NCBI RefSeq assembly: GCF_001457595.1
Contig: NZ_LN831039.1
Coordinates: 90,001-122,000 of the forward strand
Direction: 5' to 3'
From: Mycolicibacterium smegmatis
Lineage (GTDB): Bacteria > Actinomycetota > Actinomycetes > Mycobacteriales > Mycobacteriaceae
DNA length: 32,000 bases
In this document: positions 9,004-17,940 of the stretch, piece after piece
How positions within the stretch are numbered: the first letter of the stretch is position 1
How the letters are laid out: each line of letters starts with the position of its first letter
Notes under the pieces: generated by a model
What the model was told of the DNA's origin: nothing
Databases searched by the model: none
What the model saw: only the letters and a program-made list of their open reading frames with translations
Position numbers and translations under genes: made by a program

Positions 9004-10517
9004 TCGCGACAGAGGATCAGCTGAAAAACTCCGATGCCGGCGTGCACCACGAGGTTTTGAAGCCTGAGGACATCCCTGAGAGCGGCAAGATGGCTGGTCG
9101 CGATCGCCTGCAGGTGATCGCTCCGGATGTGAGCTCGCAGTTGGCGCGGATCAGCGACACCGACCTGGTGAGCGTCCTACCGCCGGCGCCCGCTGATTCG
9201 AATCCGCCAGAAGACCGTCGGAAATCGTTGTGGGACAATGTCTGGAAGCCGTTGGCAAGTCGTTCCGCGAAGCGAGGGGAGAGGCACCTGACGGCCTTCG
9301 TGGCGTACGCGTCACACGCCCAGGAACACGCGCTTTACGCAGCACACACGGCAGCGCTCCCTGATGAGCAGCGGCAGGCGATCCGCGAGTTCATCTATTG
9401 GCAGCACGTCGGCCAATTGACGGCCGACGCCTTGGCCCCCGCGTGACGGTGCCAGTGATTCGACACGGAAAGCTGTTGCGCGCCGGTCGGGAAATTGACG
9501 CAAAACGCTCGGCCGAGTCGACCTTATGATTGCCTACGGAACACAACCGGGCGAGTTGGTGTTGACGGCAGCTGTTTGCGGGGGTGGCTTTGGATTCGCC
9601 AGTTTCGCGAATCTTCTGCCGCATCCGGTGTAGCGGACGCAGGGAGGGTGATCGGCTATGAGCGAGGAGTTGCAGTATGAGCTCCCAGGGCTGGAACGAA
9701 AAGCCCATGAATGCGAGTCGACTCGTCCCGAGGGCCCCGGCGACGCGACGAAGCCAGACGAACTCGCCACCACCGCGAGTGTCTATAGCAAGCTCATGGT
9801 GTCTGCCGCCAAACTGAAAGCGACGTTTGCAGCGGGAGACCGCGAGGGCGAGCGTATTGCGGCCGCCATCCGCGCCGCGGCGGGCGCCTACCAGAAGATC
9901 GAAGAGCAGAAGGCTGCCGAACTGAACCGTCAGATGAATGGCAGCGACGCCCCGCAGCCTGCGGCCGAGGCGGTGGTCCCTGACATGTCCGGTATCCCTG
10001 GCCCGTTGACCATCCCGTCCATGGAATACCCATCTGCTGCGGCTGCCGCGGACGAAATGGATTGGGAGGCAGCCGCGAGGATCATACATAGCGGCGATAC
10101 GCAGGCCCTGTCGATGAAGTACTTCCGAGATCAGTGGCGGGACTATCAGTCCACGCTGGAGGGCCACGGGCGGCATTTTGCGAACCCGGCGGAAGGTTGG
10201 TCGGGCGCAGCCGCAGAAACCTGTGCTGAGGCTCAGCGGAGACTGTCGACGTGGTGGGCTGATATGGGTGCGGAGTGTGGCCGTCTGGCCCAAGAGGCCA
10301 CGACATTTGTCGATGCGCACGACAAGTTGGTCGCGAACCACCCCACCTTGGAAAACGTCAGAGAATTCGAGGAAACAGAGTGGGCGTCTGAGTGGGATCG
10401 GCAAAACGCCTGGGCGATGCTGCAGGAGCAGTCGGAGGACGCGCTCGAGGCTTACGCAAACGGCAGCCAAATCCAAGAAATCCGTCCAGGGAAACCGCCG
10501 TCGATCGGTGGCCTTCC
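8476..10517 (+). repeat. Direct near-identical repeat, copy A (partner 23305-25346)
   Basis: Constant offset of 14829 nt. Only three mismatches noticed by eye (9011, 9026, 9032). Antisense ORF translations in this stretch are also identical. Confidence 0.9.
8991..9446 (+). CDS. EspK C-terminal region, copy A (separate frame)
   Basis: [43 protein letters not shown]...LLPPAP-type region...[14 protein letters not shown] resembles the EspK C-terminus; overlaps the upstream ORF by 13 nt. Confidence 0.8.
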   Translation: [151 protein letters not shown]

Positions 10518-11220
10518 CGCGGTGAATGACGGCGACGTCCAAGCCACGCCGACTTCAAGCCCGGGAGGACCAGGCGGACCGGGCAGTGGCTCGGGCGGCG
10601 GGGGCGGTGGTGGAGGCGGCGCGCCTGAGATGCCGGAGATGCCGTCGATGGAACCGGCTGTATCGCCTGTCGGGAATTCCCCAGGGGGAGAACAACCTTC
10701 AGGTTCGCCTTCCGGTGGTGGCTCGCCGTCTGGCGGTTCACCATCTGGTGGTTCGCCCTCTGGTGGTGGCGCGCCCTCCGGGGGTGGCATGCCGGAAGGC
10801 GGCCTTCCCACGGATATGCCTGGCGGCCCAGAGATTCCGGGTCTCGACGATCCCAGCCTGAACCCGGCCAGCGCCGGTGGTGGCGGCGGAGGGGGAGTTG
10901 GCGGTGGTGGCGGCGGGATGCCTGCCGCACCGCTGGGCCCCCCTGTCGGCGCGGACTCCGTGGCCCCTTCGCCGTCCAGCGCGCGTGGCGGCGCCGTGGG
11001 CGTCCCGGGTGGCCCGGCCGGCGGCGGTATGGGCGGCATGATGGGCGGCGGCATGGGTGGAATGGGCGCGGGCCACGGCCAGGGCGGCCAGGGCAAGGAG
11101 AAGCGCCGCGATCCGAAACTGTCTCCAGACGAGGACCTTTACACGGAAGACCGTGCTTACACCGAAGGGGTCGTCGGCCATCGTCCGCGCAGGGAGAAGG
11201 ACAGCGGCAAGCAGCAGTAA
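9658..11220 (+). CDS. espB: ESX-1 secreted protein EspB, copy A
   Basis: PE/PPE-like helical N-terminus with WSG motif (EGWSGAAAETCAEAQ), Gly/Ser/Pro-rich C-terminus, ending DLYTEDRAYTEGVVGHRPRREKDSGKQQ. Confidence 0.8.
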   Translation: MSEELQYELPGLERKAHECESTRPEGPGDATKPDELATTASVYSKLMVSAAKLKATFAAGDREGERIAAAIRAAAGAYQKIEEQKAAELNRQMNGSDAPQPAAEAVVPDMSGIPGPLTIPSMEYPSAAAAADEMDWEAAARIIHSGDTQALSMKYFRDQWRDYQSTLEGHGRHFANPAEGWSGAAAETCAEAQRRLSTWWADMGAECGRLAQEATTFVDAHDKLVANHPTLENVREFEETEWASEWDRQNAWAMLQEQSEDALEAYANGSQIQEIRPGKPPSIGGLPAVNDGDVQATPTSSPGGPGGPGSGSGGGGGGGGGAPEMPEMPSMEPAVSPVGNSPGGEQPSGSPSGGGSPSGGSPSGGSPSGGGAPSGGGMPEGGLPTDMPGGPEIPGLDDPSLNPASAGGGGGGGVGGGGGGMPAAPLGPPVGADSVAPSPSSARGGAVGVPGGPAGGGMGGMMGGGMGGMGAGHGQGGQGKEKRRDPKLSPDEDLYTEDRAYTEGVVGHRPRREKDSGKQQ

Positions 11221-11324
11221 CGTCGTCAGGAAACCATGTCCCGCGCAACATGCTGCCAACCATGTTCTGAGGTCAAGGCTTTGGGACATTCCCGACGCCG
11301 GCGACGTAAACGTGTGTGCGGTGA

Positions 11325-11633
11325 GTGTTAAGGTTCGACGTGCTTGCCGCCACACGTACTTATCTCCTGCTGGGATTCTTCGTTCTGTGTGGAGCATGGA
11401 TTCTGCAGGCGACATCGCACGGCGTTCTCGTCACCATCGCAATCGTCGCGCTGTATGTGATCGGAATCGGGCTGATAGCGGTCGGTTGCTACTACTACCG
11501 GCAGCTTCCTTGGCCGGAACCTGAACGGCAGAGGAAGGTCGGCGCACCGGTCGCCGTTTTCGGCTTTATCGTCATCGCGATCAATCTGGGGGCCTTCGCA
11601 GTCTTCCTTATCTGGGAATACCTGCTGAAATGA
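11325..11633 (+). CDS. Small membrane protein (about 3 TM helices), copy A
   Basis: 102 aa hydrophobic ORF with a close paralog at 26147-26455. Confidence 0.7.
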   Translation: MLRFDVLAATRTYLLLGFFVLCGAWILQATSHGVLVTIAIVALYVIGIGLIAVGCYYYRQLPWPEPERQRKVGAPVAVFGFIVIAINLGAFAVFLIWEYLLK

Positions 11634-11673
11634 ACGTCCTGAGCGCCTGGCCTATTGAGGGCTGGGCGATCGA

Positions 11674-11785
11674 TCAGCGACCGTGCATCTCGCCGTCGAG
11701 GTCACCCGCCTTGGCCGCATCCGTGCGCTCGTACTTGGTGGCCGCTTCGTCCAACTTCTCGGCAAGTGACGTAGAAACGTTTTGC
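11674..11785 (-). pseudogene. 3' fragment of an EspC-like gene, cut by an IS1096-like element
   Basis: Reverse strand reads QNVSTSLAEKLDEAATKYERTDAAKAGDLDGEMHGR*, nearly matching the end of the intact gene at 26468-26785. Confidence 0.85.
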
Positions 11786-11849
11786 GGCTCTTCGCACTTG
11801 ACGGTGTAGAGACGATCAGCTGCTTTCGCGCTGTGATCGAGGGGTCTGG

Positions 11850-12602
11850 TTGGCTTGGGGTGTGCCGGAGAAGAAGCGGAAGAGCAAGAGGAAGAGCGGA
11901 GTGTCCGGGGGCAGTGTGGACCTGGCGTTGCTGCAGAAGCTAATGGCCGACGCTGGTCGGAACGTGTTCGCGGGAATGTTCGATGAGCCGACGCCCGAGG
12001 TGCGGGCGGTGCCGGATCGTGCGCGGGGCTTCCGGGTGCGCGTCGACCTGATGTACGCCAAGCCGCCGATCTGGCGTCGGCTGGACCTGCCGGGCGACCT
12101 CATGCTCGATGAGCTCCATGTTGTGCTGCAGGTCGTTATGGGCTGGCAGGACAGTCATCTGCATAAGTTCGGTGTCGGGGCGGACCGGCGGACCCGTGCC
12201 TACTTCGTCACCGGGTTTGATCTCAGCGAAGGCGACGACGGTGTCGTCGAGGACAGCGTGCGCCTCGATCAGGTGGTGTCCGATAAGGGCGAGCGGTTGT
12301 TCTACGATTACGACTTCGGCGACGGATGGGACCACGTGCTCGTGGTCGAAGACGTTTTCGATGATCCGCCCCCGGCTGCGGTGTGTCTGACGGGAAAGAT
12401 GGCCTGTCCGCCGGAGGACTGTGGTGGCCTGGGCGGCTATGAGGAGTTGGCTGCGTGGGTTCGCGGCGGGTACGACCCGCGGGAAACGCCGATGGGACTC
12501 GGTGCGCAGGAGATGAGGGACTGGCTGCCCCGGGGCTGGCACCCCGACCGTTTCTCGGTGGCCGAGACCAATGACGCTCTGGCCGCGTTGAACACGCGTT
12601 GA
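11850..12602 (+). CDS. pRiA4b ORF-3-like protein carried by the IS1096-like element (TnpR-type accessory protein)
   Basis: FRVRVDLMYAKPPIWRRLDLPGDLMLDELHVVLQVVMGWQDSHLHKF...LFYDYDFGDGWDHVLVVE is typical of the PRiA4_ORF3 family. Confidence 0.85.
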   Translation: MAWGVPEKKRKSKRKSGVSGGSVDLALLQKLMADAGRNVFAGMFDEPTPEVRAVPDRARGFRVRVDLMYAKPPIWRRLDLPGDLMLDELHVVLQVVMGWQDSHLHKFGVGADRRTRAYFVTGFDLSEGDDGVVEDSVRLDQVVSDKGERLFYDYDFGDGWDHVLVVEDVFDDPPPAAVCLTGKMACPPEDCGGLGGYEELAAWVRGGYDPRETPMGLGAQEMRDWLPRGWHPDRFSVAETNDALAALNTR

Positions 12603-12609
12603 GGATTCT

Positions 12610-13932
12610 TCACCGCCGAGGTTGACGGAGCTGGGTTCGGAAGCCTCCGGTCTCGAGCAGGGACCGGGCGATGTAGTTGGTGAGGTTGCGGAAGCCCAGG
12701 GCGGATCCGCGCAGGTGTTCGAGGCGGCCGTTGATCGCTTCGGTCGGCCCGTTGGAGGTGCCGGGGCGGTCGAAGTAGGCCAGGACGTCGGCGGCACGCT
12801 TCTTCAGTGTCCGCCCGAGGGTGATCAGCTCGGTCAGCGACGTGGGGACGCCTGTGCTCAGCGTGGTGATCAGTGCAGCCATCATGGTGCGGCCCTTGGT
12901 GCGGTCTGGTTCGCGGTAGGCGGCCACGGTGCGTTGATACATCGCCCAGGTGGCCTCGATCTCGGCGTGCGCGTTGGCGGCGAACAGTGCGGCCAGTCGG
13001 GCTTTCTGGCGGTCGGTGAGCAGGTCGGCCCCGGTGTGCAGGGTGCGTCGCGATCGGTAGAGCGGGTCGGTGCTGCGGCCGCGGTGCCCGCAGGTGGCCA
13101 GCTGCACGCGGCGTCGGCACTCGTCGAGGGCGTTGCCGGCCAGGCGGACCACGTGGAAGGGGTCCATCACCGTGGCCGCGTCAGGCAGTTCTTCGGTGGC
13201 GGCGGTCTTGAACCCGGAGAACCCGTCCATGGCAACAACGTCCACACGATCACGCCACTCCTGTGGCCGCTGTGCCAGCCAGTCGGCGAACGCCTTCTTG
13301 GAGCGGCCCTCCACCATGTCGAGCAGCCGTGCGGGGCCGGTCCCGTCACGCACGGGCGTGAGATCGATGATGACGGTGACGTACTTGTCGCCGCGGCGAG
13401 TGTGCCGCCACACGTGCTCATCGACGCCGATCACCGCGACGCCATCGAACCGGGCCGGATCGGCGATGAGCACCCGCTGACCTTCGGCGAGCACGGCGTT
13501 GTTGGCAGTGTTCCACGACACCGCAAGCGCCTCGGCGACCCGGGCCACCGACAGGTGTTGGCAGACAAGGGCTTCCAGCGCCCACCGCAGAGCACGCCGG
13601 GACAGCCTGGCCCGCGGTTCGGCTGCGGCGCTGGCATCCTGGCGCCACACATGAGCGCAGCCGGCGCAACGGTAACGGCGGATCGTGACCAGCAAAGCCG
13701 TGGGTCGCCACCCGAACGGTTCATGAGCCAACGTGCGAGTCACGCTGTCACGTACAACGCCTTCTTCGCCGCAGCGGCGGCACCACCGATCCTCATCGGC
13801 GACCCGGCACGCCAGCACGGCCCGATCAGGGTCGAGGCGTTGGCCGGTCACCTCCAACCCGAGCTCGTCGAGGCGGCAGAAAGTCGTCAGGTCAGCGCAG
13901 GCGAAGCCCGCCCGACCGGTAGCGTCAGGCAC
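12610..13932 (-). CDS. tnpA: ISL3-family transposase of the IS1096-like element
   Basis: WCRRCGEEG...GVAVIGVDEHVWRHTRRGDKYVTVIIDLTPVRDG...VVAMDGFSGFKTA...DPFHVVRLAGNALDECRRRVQ...TEAINGRLEHLRGSALGFRNLTNYIAR. Confidence 0.92.
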   Translation of the reverse strand: MPDATGRAGFACADLTTFCRLDELGLEVTGQRLDPDRAVLACRVADEDRWCRRCGEEGVVRDSVTRTLAHEPFGWRPTALLVTIRRYRCAGCAHVWRQDASAAAEPRARLSRRALRWALEALVCQHLSVARVAEALAVSWNTANNAVLAEGQRVLIADPARFDGVAVIGVDEHVWRHTRRGDKYVTVIIDLTPVRDGTGPARLLDMVEGRSKKAFADWLAQRPQEWRDRVDVVAMDGFSGFKTAATEELPDAATVMDPFHVVRLAGNALDECRRRVQLATCGHRGRSTDPLYRSRRTLHTGADLLTDRQKARLAALFAANAHAEIEATWAMYQRTVAAYREPDRTKGRTMMAALITTLSTGVPTSLTELITLGRTLKKRAADVLAYFDRPGTSNGPTEAINGRLEHLRGSALGFRNLTNYIARSLLETGGFRTQLRQPRR

Positions 13933-14042
13933 GTCGAGGTCTTTCAGATGGATGGCGTAGGAACCTCCATCATCGGAAGACCTCGACCCCTATCCCGGCA
14001 CCGACGCGCCGACGACCTCTACACCCTCAACTGCGAAGAGCC

Positions 14043-14925
14043 ACCAATCTGTTGCCGGAATATTCGGATCAGTCTGCACCCACGCGGTGGTGTCAGACTT
14101 GAATTGGTCCATTACGTGCGCCCACTCATCACAAACAGGATCCCGAGTTAGCAGGAAACGTTGTGGGTCGTTCGTGTTCCCGATCGGCGAAACCTGAGTC
14201 GGTGGTGCGAGCGGTGTGACAAGTGGACCCCGAGCAGCCGCGGATCCGAACTCAATCGCTGAACAAATATTTCCGATTGTTTCAGTGATTGCGATTGTGA
14301 CACGTGCGAATTGATCGGCCGGTGGCGCGTAGTCAGGAATGCTCGCTGCATACGTACGGGAGTATGCGATGAACTGCTCATAAAGTTCTCGCATAACTCT
14401 ATGTTGTGCCATTCTGGCCACAGGTACGATCTGGTCAGCAGCGTTTCGCAGAGCGTCTGCCACCTCGTCGTACTGAGACCGAATTTCCGGACTCCATGAA
14501 CTCGCCGGAATTGATGGATCCCGTTGCCCCCATCCATTCTTAGATGTGCGTATCCAGGTAGTCATAATCGGGTACTGCGCTGCGCACGACGGATCGTCGG
14601 TGATTACAGAGACGGGACCGGTATCGTCGGCGCTGGCGACTTCTGCGCTAGCTGTCCCATTAACCGACGGCGGTGGCGCGCTTGTATTCGACCCACTATT
14701 CCCAGGGTCCTTGCTAGCGACCGACAACGTCACAGCTGCCGTCACCCCGATCACGACGACCAGTACTACTCCGCCCAAGATCCACTTCCATCCGTTGCCC
14801 CGCTTCGGAGATTTCGGAGGTTGATGCCAAGCATCAACAGGGTGTCCAGGTCCACTCAGCCCGCCTTGCGGCGGCTGGAAGCCATTCGGAGGCGGCACAG
14901 AACCAGGAGGAGGAGGAAAGCTCAC
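14043..14925 (-). pseudogene. Membrane-anchored paralog 4, inverted and truncated by the IS1096-like element (second repeat lost after IPATDW)
   Basis: MSFPPPPGSVPPPNGFQPPQGGLSG...GNGWKWILGGVVLVVVIGVTAAVT...HRVMRELYEQFIAYSR...NDPQRFLLTRDPVCDEW...IPATDW, then IS-encoded residues. Confidence 0.85.
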
Positions 14926-14984
14926 CGATGAACCTCCGTACCAATACCGCTATGGCGCAACCCAATACCTCCACCGTTACTCAC
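14922..14984 (-). other. Possible 20-codon micro-ORF between espJ-like remnant and membrane paralog 4
   Basis: GTGAGTAACGGTGGAGGTATTGGGTTGCGCCATAGC...CATCGGTGA; GTGA overlap at both ends; one residue different from the copy at 20849. Confidence 0.35.
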
Positions 14985-15102
14985 AATGCGACCTCCGGCG
15001 CGGCTTCCGCGATCCTTTGATGTCGTTGCTTCTGTTTAACATGTTGCGAATCCAGCGAAGCATCAACCGGCGCCTGCGCCCCTTCACCGACATCTGCCCC
15101 AG
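14981..15102 (-). pseudogene. 3' remnant of an inverted EspJ-like gene
   Basis: Reverse strand encodes GADVGEGAQAPVDASLDSQHVKQKQRHQRIAEAAPEVAL*, nearly the same as the C-terminus of the gene at 20049-20852. Confidence 0.85.
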
Positions 15103-15141
15103 CCCTGGGTGTCAGGGTGAGTTGAGTCCACTGGTACTTAG

Positions 15142-16799
15142 CCTGAATCCGTGGAGCGGCCCTCCTTGAGGTGTCCGTGTGTGGTTTCTGCTGCGTTCGG
15201 TGTTGCGGGCATGCGGTAGTTGCTGGTCTGCCCAGCTTTTCCTGTGTGCTCCGGTTGGGCCTGTTCGGCGCGTTGGTCAGGTCGTTGCCGGTAGCGGTGG
15301 GCTGTATCCGATGGTGTTGCGCCACAACGTGAGCCAGTGCTCTGTCCAGGGCCAGTGCTCGGGGAGGTGCAGGATCGGTCGACGCTGGGGTCGGGCCAGA
15401 CGGGCGGGAATGTTGACGATCTTGCGGCGCAGCGTCGCGCCGCGGGCAACCACGTGGGCACCTCCTGCGAGCACGCCGGCGGCGCGCAGCAGGTTGTGCG
15501 CGATCGCCGCGCACAACACCCACGCACTGTTGGCACCGAACTGTCCTGAGGGCATGTGGGCCAGGGGTCCGTCGATCAGATCGGCGAAGACGGTTTCGAT
15601 GATCGCGTGCTGGCGGTGGGTGATGTCAGCCTCGGCGGTCGGCAAGTCTGTGTTGGTGAAGAACGGGTGATACCGCCACACCGGGAACAGCGCGTCCCGA
15701 AATCTCGCGTCTTTGACTCGCCGCACCACCAACCGCGCGGTGAACCGATCTTTGGTAGAGGCGAAGGCGGTGTAGCTGACCTCGGCGACCTCGGCATCAG
15801 AAATCCAGTCACCGGTGTCGGGATCACGCACTGCACCGGGATAGTTGACCGGCTCCCAGGCCTGCTCGTCGATCGAACTGATGGCCCGATCAACCGCGGT
15901 ATTGCGGGTCATCACCACCGAGAAGTGCGCATTGTGGGCTCGGCAGGCGCCCACCACCGACCGGGTGCCGTAGGACGAATCGCCACGCACCAGCAGTTGC
16001 CCGCGCACGCCGGCGGCGCGGGCGGTGGCGATGGCTTGGGCGACCATGCGGCCCGCACCCTTCCCGGAACTGGTCTTACCGGCGCGCAGCCGCATCCCGG
16101 CGATCACCGGCGCCGCTCCGGGGGTGCTGATCGTCGTCGCCAACGGGGAGAGCCCTTTACGCAGAACCTGCTTACCAGCGATCTTGGTATGCCCGTAGGA
16201 GGCACCCTGTTTGGCGTGGCCATAGACCGGGCGCAGCAGTGAGTCGATGTCGATGAACGCCCCCGTGTCGGATCCGGGCAGCAGGTCCACCCGCGCACAG
16301 AGTGCGGCCAGATGATGACGCAGGACCGACTCCAACTGCCGGGCGTGTCCGAAGGTGAACTCCCGCAACAGTGTTCCGATCGTCGATGGTGCATAGACCC
16401 CATCGAAGAGCGTCTTCATCCCGCCGCCACGCACGAGGTCGAGGTCATCAATGCTGTCGGCGCCGGCGCACATTCCGGCGACCACGGTGAGCAGCTTCGG
16501 CGACGGGTTGGCCGACCCGGACTTGATCCGTGGTTCGCTGATACGAACCTTGTCGGCCAGCAACTGTGACAGCCCGGTCTGGGTGGCCAGCGTCATTACC
16601 GGCACCAGACCGGCGCACGACACGAGATGGGCATCATCGAAGACCGCCGACGACGCAGCGAACCTATGGGACACTTTCACCGGAAGTGCCTTTCGAAGTT
16701 GTGCCGATAAGTGCCTAGAGAACACTCATCATCACAGCTCAGAAGGCACTTTCCTCGTCACGACACCCTGCGACCAGCCAATTCATCGGTGGATCGAGG
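15142..16799 (-). mobile_element. IS1380-family element, about 1658 bp
   Basis: Bracketed by the 5-bp repeat CTTAG at 15137-15141 and 16800-16804; transposase ORF inside; size fits the family. Confidence 0.75.
15277..16725 (-). CDS. IS1380-family transposase
   Basis: 482 aa: SHRFAASSAVFDDAHLVSCAGLVPVM...GADSIDDLDLVRGGGM...VRGDSSYGTRSVV...KDRFTARLVVRRV...HRQHAIIETVFADLIDGPLAHMPSGQFGANSAWVLCAAIAHNLLRAAG. Confidence 0.92.
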   Translation of the reverse strand: MFSRHLSAQLRKALPVKVSHRFAASSAVFDDAHLVSCAGLVPVMTLATQTGLSQLLADKVRISEPRIKSGSANPSPKLLTVVAGMCAGADSIDDLDLVRGGGMKTLFDGVYAPSTIGTLLREFTFGHARQLESVLRHHLAALCARVDLLPGSDTGAFIDIDSLLRPVYGHAKQGASYGHTKIAGKQVLRKGLSPLATTISTPGAAPVIAGMRLRAGKTSSGKGAGRMVAQAIATARAAGVRGQLLVRGDSSYGTRSVVGACRAHNAHFSVVMTRNTAVDRAISSIDEQAWEPVNYPGAVRDPDTGDWISDAEVAEVSYTAFASTKDRFTARLVVRRVKDARFRDALFPVWRYHPFFTNTDLPTAEADITHRQHAIIETVFADLIDGPLAHMPSGQFGANSAWVLCAAIAHNLLRAAGVLAGGAHVVARGATLRRKIVNIPARLARPQRRPILHLPEHWPWTEHWLTLWRNTIGYSPPLPATT

Positions 16800-16855
16800 C
16801 TTAGCAACTTGGCAACTTGGCTTGATCTCGGGGCGAGAACGGAATCACCTGAACC

Positions 16856-17284
16856 ATGACGACGACGATGGCTGCTGTGCGCGAGACTGGAGCGGTGGCA
16901 CCTTCACCGCGATCTGATGGCCCGCGCCGGCGGCGCTCGATTTCTCCGGCGCAGAAGCTGGCCCACCTGGATGCCTATGAGCAGGCCTGTACGACCAACG
17001 ATGGTGGGGCGTACCTGCGCGGTGAGGGGTTGTATTCCTCGCAGATCGCCGAGTGGCGCAAACAACGCGATGCTGGGGTGTTGGAAGGCAAGGCACCTGG
17101 GGAGAAGGTCGGTAAACTCACCCGCGAGCAGGCCGAGATCGCCCGCCTGAAAAAGGAACTCGCCCAGGCCAATAATCGGCTGGCGACCACCGAGGCTGCC
17201 CTGGGGATCATGGGAAAAGCACACGCGCTCTTGGAGTCTCTCTCCGAGAGCGCGGACACCGACACGCCGCCGACCAAGCGCTGA
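16856..17284 (+). CDS. IS3-family transposase OrfA (helix-turn-helix)
   Basis: RRRRSISPAQKLAHLDAYEQACTTNDGGAYLRGEGLYSSQIAEWRKQRDAG...EQAEIARLKKELAQANNRLATTEAALGIMGKAHALLE; stop overlaps the orfB ATG (TGATG). Confidence 0.85.
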   Translation: MTTTMAAVRETGAVAPSPRSDGPRRRRSISPAQKLAHLDAYEQACTTNDGGAYLRGEGLYSSQIAEWRKQRDAGVLEGKAPGEKVGKLTREQAEIARLKKELAQANNRLATTEAALGIMGKAHALLESLSESADTDTPPTKR

Positions 17285-17940
17285 TGGATGCCTACAACGA
17301 TCTGCGGGATATCCAGATTCCGACCCGCAAGGCCGCGGAGGTGACCGGCATGCACCGCTCGACGGCCACTCGACGCGCCAAACCCGCGCCGGCGCCTGCC
17401 GATCGGGCACCACGACCGGTCCCGGTCAACAAGCTCACCGAGTCCGAATGCGCCCGGGTGGTTGAGGTGCTCAACAGTGCCCGGTTCGTCGATGCCGCGC
17501 CGATGCAGGTGTGGGCCACGTTGCTCGATGAAGGCAGCTACCTGTGTTCGGTGTCGACGATGTACCGCGTCCTCAATGCCAACAAGCTGGTCAAGGAGCG
17601 CCGTCGGCTGGCCCGGCACCGCAAAGCGGTCTGCCCGGAACTGGTGGCCACCGCGCCGCGGCAGGTGTATTCGTGGGACATCACCAAACTGGCCGGCCCG
17701 GTCAAAGGGGTCTACTACGACGCCTACGTGATGATCGACATTTACTCGCGTTACATCGTCGGGGTCCATGTGCACGCCCGCGAATGCGGCCAGCTGGCCA
17801 AGGAGATGATGGAACAGATCTTCGGCACCTACGGCATCCCACACGTCGTGCACGCTGATCGGGGCACCTCGATGACCAGCAACACCGTCGCCGGACTGCT
17901 CTCGGATCTGGGCGTCATCCGCTCGCATTCGCGGCCCAAG
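17284..17940 (+). pseudogene. IS3-family OrfB (rve integrase), 5' part, interrupted by an IS256-family insertion
   Basis: GMHRSTATRRAKP...LCSVSTMYRVLNANKLVKERR...YSWDITKLAGPVKGVYYDAYVMIDIYSRYIVGVHVHARECGQLAKEMMEQIFGTYGIPHVVHADRGTSMTSNTVAGLLSDLGVIRSHSRPK. Confidence 0.9.

Larger units (their letters stand above)
11786..14042. mobile_element. IS1096-like element (ISL3 family), about 2257 bp
   Basis: 26-bp imperfect terminal repeats GGCTCTTCGCACTTGACGGTGTAGAG / GGCTCTTCGCAGTTGAGGGTGTAGAG (24/26). Two convergent ORFs as in IS1096. Flanking 8-mers CGTTTTGC and ACCAATCT do not match. Confidence 0.9.

Noticed and set aside
9391-10542. Long antisense ORFs (9391-10542, 24220-25305, 29205-30899, 3016-4248, 12622-14151)
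   Set aside because: They run opposite well-supported genes, have Arg/Gly/Pro-rich composition typical of high-GC antisense frames, and show no family features. Their identity between modules only reflects the near-identical DNA tract.
11850-12602. Stand-alone plasmid-type accessory gene (pRiA4b ORF-3-like) as novel cargo
   Set aside because: It lies between the terminal repeats of the IS1096-like element together with tnpA; IS1096 is known to carry two ORFs, so it is part of the element.
13990-14151. Possible novel C-terminus (WLFAVEGVEVVGASVPG) of membrane paralog 4
   Set aside because: Homology to paralogs ends at IPATDW at the IS end (14042/14043); the rest is read-through into the terminal repeat.
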